Shown one piece after another: positions 28,057 through 41,335 of a stretch of DNA of 64,000 nucleotides. The notes below the pieces were generated by a model, which saw nothing but the letters and a program-made list of their open reading frames with translations, ran no database searches and had not been told where the DNA came from. The translations under genes and the position numbers were made by a program. The stretch comes from Mytilus edulis (Eukaryota), in the NCBI RefSeq assembly GCF_963676685.1, contig NC_092346.1, forward strand, positions 101,246,001-101,310,000. Direction: 5' to 3'. Every line of letters starts with the position of its first letter. Position 1 is the stretch's first letter.

Positions 28057-29199
28057 AGTTTCAATCTTTAAGGATCTAAAACAATAACAATTGCATACGA
28101 ATAAGGTAGATGAATTATTATAACGTTTTGTTGTCAATTAATATTAAAAAAAAAAAGAGATGTAATTTGATTGCCAATGAGACAACTCTTTAAAAGAGAC
28201 CAAAGTGACACAGAAATCAACAACTGTAGGTCACTGTACGGATTTCAACTACGAGTATAGGCCTCAAAATGACATATGTAAAAATATTCAAACGAGAAAA
28301 ATAACGGCCTTTATATATGTACAAATAAATGAATGAACAACGAATATGTAAAACATCAACAAACGACAACCATTGAATTACAGACTCATGATTTGCGCTG
28401 GACACAAAAAATAATACTGAATATGTCGGGGTTAAACATGTAAGTGGGATCCCAACCCTCACCCTAATCTGGGACTGTGCTGTAACAAGAACTATGCAAA
28501 TCAGTTGAAAAAGGCTTCATATGGATACAAATAAAAATACATCTTACATCTCCACAGAGTGGACGTGGCCGTTTACGTGTACATCCCAAAACAAAGAGAT
28601 CCTTAGTCAAGATCTGAGAGTACTTGCAGTTACTGACTGCTACTTCAAAGCCAATAACAAATAATAAAACGAATCATGCATCTAAGATATTATCAATCAA
28701 TAATTTATATACTTTGATATTTTTTTTCTTTAACATCTAACTTCTGAAATTGTAAATCAACAACATGGTATTTCTTTATTTTCTTTGTTTCGCTGTCTTG
28801 GTTTGTACATCACTCGTAAAAATATCATAATTGTATATCATGTGTAACTGTTACATATATAAGTATATTGTTATTACTTACAAGATGGTTTACTGTCAAA
28901 TATGTTCGTTTCTCATCATCATTAAACCATCAAACATGTAATATTCTTTCTAATCAGGGTATATATTATTTTATGATAATGTCGATCCACATTGTCACAT
29001 CTAACTTAAGGTTATATATTGACTGTTATCACACATTGTTTCCTTTATAGTGTAAATACTGATAAACATTTTGTAAATAATTATAAAACAATGGTATTGG
29101 GCTTTGTTATAAGATATTTAAGTTAAAAATTGTTTGTTTCGATTTTTGAAACCCGCTTTTTTCGATAGAAAACTTGTGTTGATATTCTTCGATTTTCTG

Positions 29200-30420
29200 T
29201 ATAGTCTGCAGTTACTGTTACGATAGATTTAGACTGAAGTGACTGAAAATGTAATTATAGTCTGCAGTTACTGTAAAACACTGGACACTTTTAATTTGCA
29301 AAACACTCATGTGCTAATCTGTCGCCGCCTCTCCTTAGAGCTACAGTGTCATTTATGTAACAAAAAAATTGCAGAATATAACATGGGATTCAATAAATTC
29401 AATGTTTTTCTGCTGTTACTATTGAATAATTTTGCAATTTGATTTAGAAAAAAACATAGAATTTTCAATATCCCATGGATTTTATTTACCCTTATCCCAT
29501 GAGTAAATACAGTCTGAATTGACTGTAAAGGTAATTATAGACTTCAGTTTATGTTAAAACACTGGACACTTTTAATTTGCAAAAAACACATGTGCAAATC
29601 TGCCGCCACCTCTCCTTAGAGCCACAGTGACATGTATATAACCAAAATGTGCAGAATTTAACATGGGATTCAATAAATTCCATGCTTTTCTGCTGAATAT
29701 ATTTTGCAATTTGATTTAGAAAATACATAGAATTTTCAATATCCCACGGGATTGACCCTTGACCCACAAGTAAATATAGTCTTCAGTACGGTTCTGTAAC
29801 GGTTATTATAGTTTTCAATTACCGTAAAAACACTGGACACTTTTTATTTGCAAAACACTAATTTGCAAATCCGCCTCCGCCTCTCCATAGAGCTACAGTG
29901 CCATATATATAAAAAAAAAAATGTGAAGAATTTAACATGGGATTCAATAAATTCATAGCTTTTCTGCTGTTTCGATTGGATGTATTTTGCAAATTGATTT
30001 TAGAAAAAAACATTGGATTTTCTTTATCCCATGGGACAGGGTAAAATCCCATTACTGTAACGGTACATATTGTCTGAATTTACTGTAAAGGTAAATATAA
30101 TCTGCAGTTACTATAACGGTAGATATAGTCTCCGGTTGTTGTAACGGTAACTATAGTCTGCAGTTACTATACAGGTAAATATAGTCTGCAGTTCCTTTTA
30201 CAGTAAATATAGTATGTAGTTACTGTAACGGTAAACATAGTCTTTTAAGTTACTGTTTACTTAACGGTAATTATAGTTTGCGGTAACTGTAGCAGTAAAT
30301 TTATAATGTAGTTAGTGTTACGGAAAATATGGTCTACAGTAACTGTAAAGATAAATATAGTCTGAAGTTACTGTGACAGTAAATAGAGTCTGCAGTTAGT
30401 AACATTAAATAAAATCTGAA
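29200..30420. repeat. about 275-280-bp repeat x3 grading into 28-bp subrepeats
   Basis: aaaacactggacactttt at about 29276, 29556 and 29828; tagtctgcagttactgtaacggtaaata-like subrepeats 30050-30420. Confidence 0.85.
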
Positions 30421-31942
30421 GTAATTGAGTGGCAAATGTGTACAGCTTTTTATAAATGCGATGGAAACTAAGTGGGTTGAATTGAGATTCGAACTTACTT
30501 GATGAAGTTTCAAATGTGTATTTTTTTTATTAAAGTTTATACATAATTATGTACTTAGAATAAACATGAAGTCAACATTTACTTGAGACAGTACAATAAA
30601 AAAAAACCAACAAAATATCACTCATTTCTGAATAATAAAAAGCCAGAAAGAGATACCACCTTAGACAGCATGAACAATTATTGTACATGTGATAATCTAA
30701 TTTTCAGTTTTCAGTATTGAAACAGAAATAAATGCAAATAAGTTTTCAGTCATCTCTTTGTTTAGATAATAAATTGTTAATCAAGTCAGATAACTTAAAT
30801 GTCGGAAACTAGGTCGAAAAGTTATGAAAATAATATGAATATATACACACGGACTCTCAATTATATCTAATTGTAATGTAACTGAATCGCAGAAACTAGT
30901 TTTTTGGAATAGAAAAATTTCCGAAAGTAGACAATCAGATTTAATAGTTAGTATATACACTTTTAACTCCGAATACAATGCAGCGTATAGTAAAGGAAGA
31001 TCAAAGGTAAGATTATGTTTATACAGTTTGTAATATTTGTTATTTAAATACATGTAACGTCCATCTAGGCCAATGACCTACACACAAACATAAAAAAAAA
31101 GTTTAACCTCGCCACATTATGTTTGTGCCTGTCCCAAGCTATGAGCCTGTAATTCAGTGGTTTTCGTCTGTTGCTGTATACCAATAATTGAATTGTTTAA
31201 CATTTGTCATTCCAGGGCCTTTTATAGCTGATTATGCGGTATGGGTTTTGCTCATTGTTGAAGGCCGTACTGTGACCTATAGTTGTAAACTGTTATGTAA
31301 ATTAGTAATTTGCGGAGAGTTATGTCATTGGCAATCATGCCATATCTTCTTATTTTTTTAATTATAAATCATTCAATTATCATAATAATATTAAATGTAA
31401 GCTCCGTGCACTTTTTGTCGGTTTACATAGAAAGGGGTATCAAAAGTAGTTTCGATTACTTTACTTTACAGTTAAATATGAGTGCGAGTGTGTTACTGTT
31501 GTTGTTTTATGTGAGGCTTTTTTTTTCGACGGAAGAGTCGGTTTTTTTATAAATCATATTGTTATGTATAATAGTCTATCTTTGAAGGGTAGACGTATCA
31601 TTATGCAATTATCGATACCGGATTTAATATTATTTTTGTTTTTTGTTTGGATTTGACCACTGATTGATGGTCAATATATCCAAATACCTTACTCTTTTTA
31701 TTGTCTTACTAATAATAATAATTAGTCCCGAGATTACTCTGACTTTTACTGGCCTTTTGATGACATTATTGGGTCGTTGATTGCTCTGGTGCCTTTTTAT
31801 TACTAGCTGGGCCATTTTCCATGTCAGAGCAATCTCGGACTAAATAATTAATATCAACTTTAACTTAATATAGATATTTTAGGGTATGAACTATTTGTTT
31901 ATTTATTTTTTAATTTGTTTATTTTATTTTATCAGGAATCGT

Positions 31943-33098
31943 ATGACACCCAAGATAGCCTATGATAGATCCGAGGAGACACCATTATTGGTAAATAAAG
32001 ACAACTGTGAAGATATCAAACTTAGGTATCCAAGATGGCTGACATTTTCCATTTTAATTAGCATACCATTCCTACATATGCTGTCCTATATTTTAAGTTT
32101 ATACGTGATTGGACAATATACTTATGTTTATTTCCTTGAAGAAAAGTTTCCCGGTGTTCCACATTCTCTGAGCGGAAGTCTTTCGTCGTGTAATATAAAT
32201 AAATCTTCAATTGCATACTTCATAGAATCCAGTATACAACAAACTTCTGCTAAATGGGCCATCTATACAAATCTTGCTTTCATTATTCCTAGTGTTTTGA
32301 TAAATATAAATCTAGCAACATATAGTGACGTCCATGGTAGAAAACTGTTCTTTATAGTTCCTTTAGCTGGCACGATCATCAAGAATATTTTGTGTGCGGT
32401 AGGAATGTATTATAAAATGAATGTGAGACTGATGTTAATCTTTTATATGATTGAGGCGTGCACTGGTTCTTGGGTTGCTTCCCTTTCAATGTCCTTTTGC
32501 TTTGTTGCTGACACAACGACACCTGGGAAAGGTCGTTCGCTCATTATAAGTCTTCTTGATGGTGGAGTAGGATTGGGGGCTATTGGGGCCTCTCTTTTGT
32601 CAGGATATTTGATCACGTGGACTAATGGGTATCATTATCCACAACTCATGGCAGTCATTATAGCAATTATTCCATTTCTATGTGTACTGACCATGGTACA
32701 AGAAACGCTGCCAATATCAAGAAGACGGTCAAATGTTTCAATTCTCCAAAACATTCAAAGAGTATTCGACTGTTATAGAAGTAATTTCTCTCCATTCGGG
32801 AAGCGATGGGTGTTCGTTGTTCTCATTATTACATTTGCAATGTCGGCACTGACTGTTTTAAGCAGGGCAAGTGTGGATAGTCTGTATTTTGTCAGCGCGC
32901 CTTTTTGTTGGAGCTCTATTACAATTGGACTATACACTGGGATACGAACCGTTCTGTGGAACATAGGCGGAGTAATTTTGATAATAATATTACAGATCTG
33001 TACTACAGATGAGGTTATATCGCTTGTTGGATGTATAACCACTACAGCAGCATTAATTATACAAGGACTGGCTAAAACAAATCTTATGATGTATATAG
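31943..33098 (+). CDS. SLC46-family MFS transporter paralog C, large coding exon 1 (about 497 aa in total)
   Basis: MTPKIAYDRSEETPLL..., ATYSDVHGRK, PFCWSSITIG. Upstream acceptor ttttatcag| at 31934-35, donor ATAG|gtatgt. Confidence 0.9.
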
Positions 33099-33468
33099 GT
33101 ATGTACGACTAAATATATGTATAATTGGTGTCAGATCATTCATATACATATTTTTTATAGACAAACTTTCAACGTTTATCAAACGCGTGCTTCACTTTCA
33201 AATCAGTACATTAAAACATTCTTTCTACTTCATAGTAATAAAAAAAAACATATTTCAATTCTAAATGTGGATACATAATTGTCACTATATGTTGTGCTAA
33301 CCTTTCTAAAATAAAGAATATGGTCAGGCCGTATATTGACCTGTAATGGTTTACTTTTATAAATTGTTATTTGGATGGAGAGTTATATAAAGCCCCAGTC
33401 CCACTAGACCACGATCGCACTACGCTCACCGTGATCTAAAATAAATTCAGATCGTGGTGAGGTCGCGT

Positions 33469-35003
33469 TATCTAGTATAGAATGTATTGTGTCGATGCCA
33501 ATGATCAGAGGGATAATGTTCCTGTCTATATTAGCTTGTACTGTAGGTAAACATTTTATTTCAGCTGCCCTATCTAGTATAGGATGTATTATGAAGATGC
33601 CAATGATCAGAGGGATAATCTCCCTGTCTATATTAGCTTGAACTGTAGGTAAACATTTTATTTCAGCTGCCCTATCTAGTATAGGATGTATTATGTCGAT
33701 GCCAATGATCAGAGGGATAATGTTCCTGTCTATATTAACTTGTACTGTAGCTAAACATTTTATTTCAGCTGCCCTATACAGTATAGGATGTATTATGACG
33801 ATGCCAATGATCAGAGGGATAATGTACCTGTCTATATTAACTTGTACTGTAGCTAAACATTTTATTTCAGCTGGCCTATACAGTATAGGATGTATTATGA
33901 CGATGCCAATGATCAGAGGGATAATGTACCTGTCTATATTAACTTGTACTGTAGCTAAACATTTTATTTCAGCTGGCCTATACAGTATAGGATGTATTAT
34001 GACGATGCCAATGATCAGAGGTATAATGTACCTGTCTATATTAACTTGTACTGTAGCTAAACATTTTATTTCAGCTGCCCTATACAGTATAGGATGTATT
34101 ATGACAATGTCAATGATCAGAGGGATAATGTTCCTGTCTATATTAACTTGTACTGTAAGTAAACATTTGATGTCAGCTGCCCAATCCAGTATAGAATGTA
34201 TGATGACAATGCCAATGATTAGAGGGATAATGTCCCTGTCTATATTAACTTGTACTGTAGCTAAACATTTTATTTCAGCTGGCCTATACAGTATAGGATG
34301 TATTGTGACGATGCAAATGATCAGAGGGATAATGTTCCTGTCTATATTAGCTTGTACTGTAGTTGAACATTTTACTTCAGCTGGCCTATACAGTATAGGA
34401 TGTATTGTGAAGATGCCAATGATCAGAGGGATAATCTCCCGGTCTATATTAGCTTGAACTGTAGGTAAACATTTTTTTTCAGCTGCCCTATACAATGTAT
34501 ATGTCAATGTCAATGATCAGGGGAATAATGTTCCTGTCTATATTAGCTTGTACTGTAGTTGAACATTTTACTTCAGCTGCCCTATCTAGTATAGGATGTA
34601 TTATGAAGATGCCAATGATCAGAGGGATAATCTCCCTGTCTATATTAGCTTGAACAGTAGGTAAACATTTTTTTTCAGCTGCCCTATACAATGTATATGT
34701 CAATGTCAATGATCAGGGGAATAATGTTCCTGTCTATATTAGCTTGTACTGTAGTTAAACATTTTATTTCAGCTGCCCTATATATGACAATGTCAATGAT
34801 CAGGGGAATAGTGTCTCTGTCTATATTAGCTTGTACTGTAGGTAAACATTTTGTTTCAGCTGCCCTATATATGACAATGTCAATGATCAGGGGAATAATG
34901 TCTCTGTCTATATTAGCTTGTACTGTAGGTAAACATTTTGTTTCAGCTGCCGTATCAAGTATAGGATGTATTGTGACGATGCCAATGATCAGAGCTATAA
35001 TGT
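33469..35003 (+). repeat. 102/94/87-bp array derived from the gene C intron-1 acceptor and exon-2 start (15 acceptor copies)
   Basis: tcag|ctg at 33565, 33667, 33769, 33871, 33973, 34075, 34177, 34279, 34381, 34483, 34577, 34679, 34773, 34860 and 34947. Confidence 0.95.
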
Positions 35004-35030
35004 CCAGGATGACACCGCCTGAAAAGCAAG
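34947..35030 (+). CDS. paralog C exon 2 (AAVSSIGCIVTMPMIRAIMSRMTPPEKQG)
   Basis: 84 nt, tttcag|...AAG|gtactc; it is the last unit of the 102-bp array. Confidence 0.88.
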
Positions 35031-35436
35031 GTACTCTGTCAGAATTCTAGTGGTACTAGTTTCAAATAAGGAAAATAGAAAGAGTACAAAAATAGGATAA
35101 CAAAACATGCCACAAAACAAGTACTTGATATTGGAAAGTACTAGGTACCTTCAGGTTTATGCTCTTATAATATCCTAGATTATGGAATTATCACTGAACT
35201 AGTATATATTTGTTTAAGGGCCAGCTGAAGGACGCCTCCGGGTGCGGGAATTTCTCGCTACATTGAAGACCTGTTGGTGACCCTCTGCTGTTGTTTTTTA
35301 TTTGGGCGGGTTGTTGTCTCTTTGACACATTCCCCATTTCCATTCTCAATTTTATAACTCTACATGCAGACTTCTTATACGTTTAGGTATTTCATATCCA
35401 ACATTTTTGCCAGCGGCTACAAGCATATTTCAGACG

Positions 35437-38400
35437 AATTGTGCACATCCTGTTACAAGCATGAAATTTGGCATAGAACTTCCTCAACTATTGCTCTTTT
35501 ATTTCAGATAGGGAGGCATTTGAAAAAATTGTCTCACTTCCGGTAAAATCCAAAATGACGGACATCATACTTGAATCGGCCCAATATCGAAGACTAGTAT
35601 GTGAAAAGGTATCATTATCATGCTGCTATAATAATATTTGGTAGAAACCGTTGTTATGTACTACTTTTGGATCTATTATATAGATTAGATTCTTTAAAAA
35701 CCCTACTTCCGGTAAAATTTAACATGGCGGACATTGTACTAAAATAAGCTTATTTTTTAGGGAGGGTGATTGAAATGTGATTTAACGTATTGCTTCTATC
35801 ATTAAATTGTGCAGTAACCTTTCTTTTATGTTTCTGAGGGATACAATGCATAAGACATATGTTTTAAAACCCTTATTTCCGGTAATATTCAAAATGGCGG
35901 ACATAGAAATATCATTTTTTATTTTGATATTCAACTTCTTTTCAAAATGTGAAGAAAGTGTTTTTAGTGGTGTTCATTTAATTTTTGGCTTTCAGTTATC
36001 CTCTAAACCACTAATCATATTTTATAGTTAATATTTAAATACAAATTTAACACTTCCGGTAAAAAAAAACCAGAATGGCGTAAATGTCAAAGATGAGTCT
36101 TCAATCCATATCTTCGATGTAGAGTTTTGGATAGATTGATTAAAACAAAATAAAATCACTAAATCATTTAAAACATTTTAAAAATAACCACTATTGGCCT
36201 AAACAAACATGTTAATTCCCAGTCACCACCACATGCACACGACGCAGGGCACGGGAAACTTGATTTTCCACATTAACAACAACCGCGGCAGCCTTTCTTA
36301 CATCCACAATGTGCAAGTTTCTGACAGAATGATGAGGCCTCAGAAAGAGTTTTATCAAAAGTGATACTCTTTGTCCCTTCGTCATCCATTAACGCCTGGA
36401 CTGGGTAGCATAAGAGCCAATTTCAAGCTCGTCCCCTAAAGTGTATTGTACGTTTTGCATGCTGGCAAAGACTAGACTAAGTTGAGGGAATAGCCTCAAT
36501 TCGCCTTCCCTTTTGGTTAAATAGTTATTTCTTGCTTTATTAACCATGCAAACCCCATTTGATAAGTTTGTGCGATCTTACAGTAAACACCGGTGATTTA
36601 GGTGCATCAATCATCATTCTTTATGTTAAAGTCACATCTTCAAAAGCCATCATATGTCTCCCATGCAGTTTTTTCTTCCTTTTCAAGCGAACAGAGAACC
36701 GTATCACAACCGGTAAATACATGGATCATAATATGTGTGTGTGATCACTTATCGCAAGTGCATTTAAAAGGTCATTGATAGATATTTATCCAAAGCTTTC
36801 CCCCCTCCTAAACACAATCCATATGTCCTATGTCACGGAATAGCGAAACAGTAATGACAGCATCATCAGTAACGACTGTTCGAAAAATGAATCGTTTAAG
36901 TTCGTGTTTCACTACATCAGACACATACACCATAGTCTTTTAATGTGAATATGGTGTTAAACTTGAAATACATCACGTGGTGGTTAAGATAGAATATCAA
37001 GAACATGTGTTGCTACAACTACCATATACATCTAAGACTTCATCCACTCTTGTAACAGTTTCACGGGGTTTTTTTTTTTAGGGAAAGGACATAATATCCT
37101 ATCAGCATACTTATTATGAAACACCTTGAAACTATAACAACAGTGGATGTAGTCTCGGATGCGTACATAGACAATAGCGGTAGTTTGAAGGCTGCTACAA
37201 GAAAAAGAGCTACATTTAGGGGAAAGGGAATACATACACGAATCCAGGAACTGTAACAACCGTAGATGTAGTCTCAGATACGTACAAAGACAATACCGGT
37301 AGTTTCAAGGCTGCTACAAGAAACAAGAGCTACATTTAGGGGAAAGGGAAGAAATAGACGAATCCAGGGTCAAAACAAATTTCTCAAAATTGGCAAAGTT
37401 TTCTGAGAGATGACGACATTAAGAAAGAACTTTTTAGTTTTTATTCACAGGAGCTTGCTCAAAAGGTTTTGAGGAAAAGGTAGTTGTAGCAACAAATGCT
37501 CAGGATGTTCTGTGTTATCCACCACATGATGGTGTTTCAAGTTTAGCCCCATGTTAATATGAAGAGGCTTATACTAGAATCAAGATACATGTGTCTGATG
37601 CAGTGATACACAGACTTTACTGAGTCATGGCACGAACAGTTGATACTGATGTTGCTGTCATTGCTGTTTCGTTATTTCGTGACATAGGGGCAGACGAACT
37701 TTGACTTGCATTTGGAAGTGGGAAAAGCTTTAGATATATATCTATCCATGACCTTTCAAATGCACGTTTACTTGAAAGGGAATTTAATTTCGTTGTTGAC
37801 ATGGATGGCGTTTGAAGATGTGACTTTATGATTTAGAATGATGATTGATCAGCCAACATCACCAGATATTGATAAAACGTTACGTTGTTTTGTAGTAAGA
37901 TCGAACAAACTTATCAGATGGTGTTTACAAAGCAAGAAAACATGTTTTTGGAAGAGGAAAGACTTAACGATGCTATTTGAACGACTCGGTCTAGTGTTTT
38001 GCAGCATGTAAAACATGCAATATACCATGGCGGGTGAGGATGAGTAACAAGCTTGGAATTGGTTCCTATGCTTACTAATCAAGACGCTTATGAATAGCGA
38101 AGGGGAAATATGATCCATTTGGAACCCTTTTGGACAACTCTTTGTGAGGCCTCTTCACCTTATCAGGAGCGTGTACATTATTGATGTAAGAAACAATACC
38201 ACGGTCTTTGTAAATGAGGCAAATCAGCTCTCCGATTGTAAATACACGTGTATTTGTGGCCATAAATCAGTAATTTTAAAGATGTTGTAGTACTTAAGTG
38301 ATTTTATTTTGATTTCATCAATCTATCCAAAACTCTACATCGAAGATATGGACTGAGGACTCATCTTTGAAATTTACGCCATATTGGTTTTATTTACCGG

Positions 38401-38971
38401 AAGTGTTAACTTTGTATTTAAACATGAACTATGGAAATGAATAAGTGGTTTACAGGATAACTTAAAGCCAAAAGTTTAATGACCACCACAAAAAAGAAAA
38501 ACCATTTTATTTACATTTTGAAAAAAAGTTGAATATCAAAATAAAATAATGATATTTCTATGTCCGCCATTTTGAATATTACTGTAAATATGTCTTATAC
38601 ATTGTATCCATTAGCAGCATAAAAGAAAGGTTCCTGCACAATAAAACGATGACCTATAGTTGTTAATGTCTGTGTCATTGTGGACAGTTGTCTCATTGGC
38701 AATCATACCACATCTTCTTTTTTTATACATAACAAAGTTTTGTACCAAATATTATCATAGCAGCACGATAAAAACACCTTTTCACACACTAGCCTCTGAT
38801 ATTGGGCTGATTTAAGTAGGATGTCCGCCATTTTGGATTTTACCGGAAGTGAGACATTTATTTTCAAATGCCTCCCTATCTGAAATAAAAGAGTAATAGT
38901 TGAGGAAGGTCTATGCCAAATTTCATGCTTGTAGCAGGATGTGTACATTTTTTCCCAAAGCTGCCGTACTA
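35437..38971 (+). mobile_element. decayed Academ-type DNA transposon (XPG-nuclease-encoding) in gene C intron 2
   Basis: TIRs of about 700 bp (35437-36180 and 38270-38950) ending ...CTA. The stop-riddled internal frame reads NWQSFLRDDDIKKELF, APC*YEEAYTR, RTVDTDVAVIA, L*LAFGSGKSFRYI and has a Cys-rich tail. Confidence 0.75.
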
Positions 38972-38974
38972 TTT

Positions 38975-39962
38975 ATAGTAACATTCTTTATAGAGCACAA
39001 ACATGTCAGTATTCACCTCAGAAGCTAACAAAACCTTTAAATAGACTTATTAAGAAGGGATATAGTTACGATACTGTTGTCAGGTCAGTAAAGATAGCAT
39101 ATTTTGGCTTTAATATTGATTCACTTATAGGGTCTTTGCATCGGAACTAAACACATTTGTTTAAAAACCAGTTGTTGGCATGACACGGGTTGTGTTTTTC
39201 TCATAAATGTTATGATGGTTTAATACTAAACCCCTAACGGGAGGGATAAAATTGTGCCCGATATTTATATGATGAAGACATAATCTTTCAATCAGTGTAA
39301 TTGAAGTCTGGAGCTGGCATGTCAGTTAACTGCTAGTAGTCTGTTGTTATTTATGTATTAATGTCATTTTGTTTAGTTTCTTTTGTTACATCTTCTGACA
39401 TCCGACTCGCATTGGCGGATCCAGGGGGGGGGGGGGGGGTGTTCCGGGGGGTTAGAACCCCCCCCCCTTTTTTTGACCGATCAATGCATTTGAATGGGAG
39501 CCTATAGATGGAACCCCCCCTTTACTCTAGGTTGGGAACCCCCACTTTTTAAAATGGCTGGAACCGCCACTGGACTCGGACTTCTCTTGAACTGAATTTT
39601 AATGTGCGTATTGTTATGCGTTTACTTTTCTACATTGGCTAGTGGTATAGGGGAGGGTTGAGATCTCATAAACATGTTTAACCCCGCCGCATTTTTGCGC
39701 CTGTCCCAAGTCAGGAGCCTCTGGCCTTTGTATGTCTTGTATTATTTTTAACTTTAGTTTCTTGTGTATAATTTGGAGTTTAGTATGGCGTTCCGTATCT
39801 CTGAACTAGTATATATATTTGTTTAGGGGCCAGATGAAGGACGCCTCCGGGTGCGGGAAGTTCTCGCTGCATTGAAGACCCATTGGTGACCTTCTGCTGT
39901 TGTCTGTTATATGGTCGGGTTGTTGTCTCTTTGACAAATTCCACATTTCCATTCTCAATTTT
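38975..39962 (+). mobile_element. 5'-truncated retroelement 3' end (Penelope-like RT C-terminus plus high-copy tail)
   Basis: Remnant LNRLIKKGYSYDTVVRS; the tail 39633-39960 recurs at 44222-44512 and partly at 35185-35355. Confidence 0.5.
39410..39572. mobile_element. 163-bp MITE with GACTCG target-site duplication
   Basis: TIRs cattggcggatccag and ctggaaccgccactg; gactcg at 39404-09 and 39573-78; long G and C runs. Confidence 0.85.
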
Positions 39963-40149
39963 GTATATTATACCAGTTTATTTTACCAATCCTGGGCCGT
40001 TTTCGGGCAATATATGAATTAACAAAACTTCATATGCAAATAATTAAACATGTACAAAGAAAAAAATGAATAATTCCAGAGACTAAATTCTTTAAAAACT
40101 TAATTGAAATATATGTTCATTGATTAATATTTTTTGTAATAAAATTCAG

Positions 40150-40306
40150 GCTCTATTTTTGCTGGCGTTGCTGCTGTAGAATCGTTCTCCAGTTTATTTG
40201 GTACAGTGGTTATCGGTATAATATATGATTCCACAGTAACTATTTATAGAGGACTAACATTCCTTATATGGGCGGGAATTGGCGGTATTGGCATCATTCT
40301 GTCATT
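40150..40306 (+). CDS. paralog C exon 3 (GSIFAGVAAVESF...GIGIILSL)
   Basis: 157 nt, ttcag|...TT|gtaagt. Confidence 0.9.
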
Positions 40307-41238
40307 GTAAGTATGATTAGATTAGATAGTTTACCTTAGGCACAGGTAGGAAGAAGTCTTGTTTTATGTATTTGTGTATGGTTTAAAAAACATAAAAAGA
40401 ATAAGATATTTGGCGAGTAAACCTTAGGCCAGGTCAAATATGTAGGGATGTTCCGCATGAAACTCTTATGCGAGTAAGATAGCACTTTGGAAGAAAACCC
40501 CCTCCTTCAAGAATGATACGGCTACCAGAGTGTTATATGGATCGTTAAAAAAACAAGTTTTTTTTTTTAAATAATATCTTTATTGCACTTTTCTTTGCTG
40601 TTGTGACAAATTACTCGACCTGCAGCAGTTGGCCGAATATCCATGTGTATAAGTCACTGGATAACCTTATTTTCATTTTGTCATAAATCTTCTAAGACAT
40701 AAGACTACGGTGCGGAACGTTGAAATAGTTGCTCGACGGGATTGTATTGGTTTAGGGTTGGTACGGTGCGTGATATTGAAAAAGCCATATCATATACACT
40801 TTATTATAGATACATTTATCCTTTTTTTTTTTTGCATTTACGTGGGAAACACGACGGGTGCCACTTGTGGAGCATAATTTGCTTACCACCTTTAATTTTA
40901 AACCACCCGAGACCACGTCAGTTCGGCCTTTGGTCTTATTTGCTGGTGTCAATTAGTTTTCCGTGTAATGTTTTGTACACTGTTTTTCTTTTTATCATGG
41001 TTTCTCTTAAAACTTTGATTGTAAATTTTCTTTCGTCTGCCTCTTTTTTACGTCTTCATCAAGCAATGTTGATTAAAGAAGGATTTCAAGTCTGGGCCTT
41101 TTGATATTCGGCTTTCACAGGGTTGTTTTCTTTAGTGGCGGGGGCTTCAAGATTATAGTCGAAACTACCTGTTATGTTTACTATAATTGTCAGATGTTTG
41201 TTATCTGAAAGTTTATTTTTAAATACATTTTATTATAG

Positions 41239-41335
41239 AATATTGATTATGGAAAGGAGGAAGCGACCAGCAGCTAATCAAACCAGTCAGTCTAATATTG
41301 TGATAAAAGTCGATTCATCAGTTACAGGAGAATGA
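41239..41335 (+). CDS. paralog C terminal exon (ILIMERRKRPAANQTSQSNIVIKVDSSVTGE*)
   Basis: Acceptor ttttattatag|, phase 2, TGA stop. Confidence 0.8.

Noticed and set aside
33404-34513. 369-aa antisense ORF
   Set aside because: Reverse reading of the 102-bp array (length divisible by 3), with no independent evidence.
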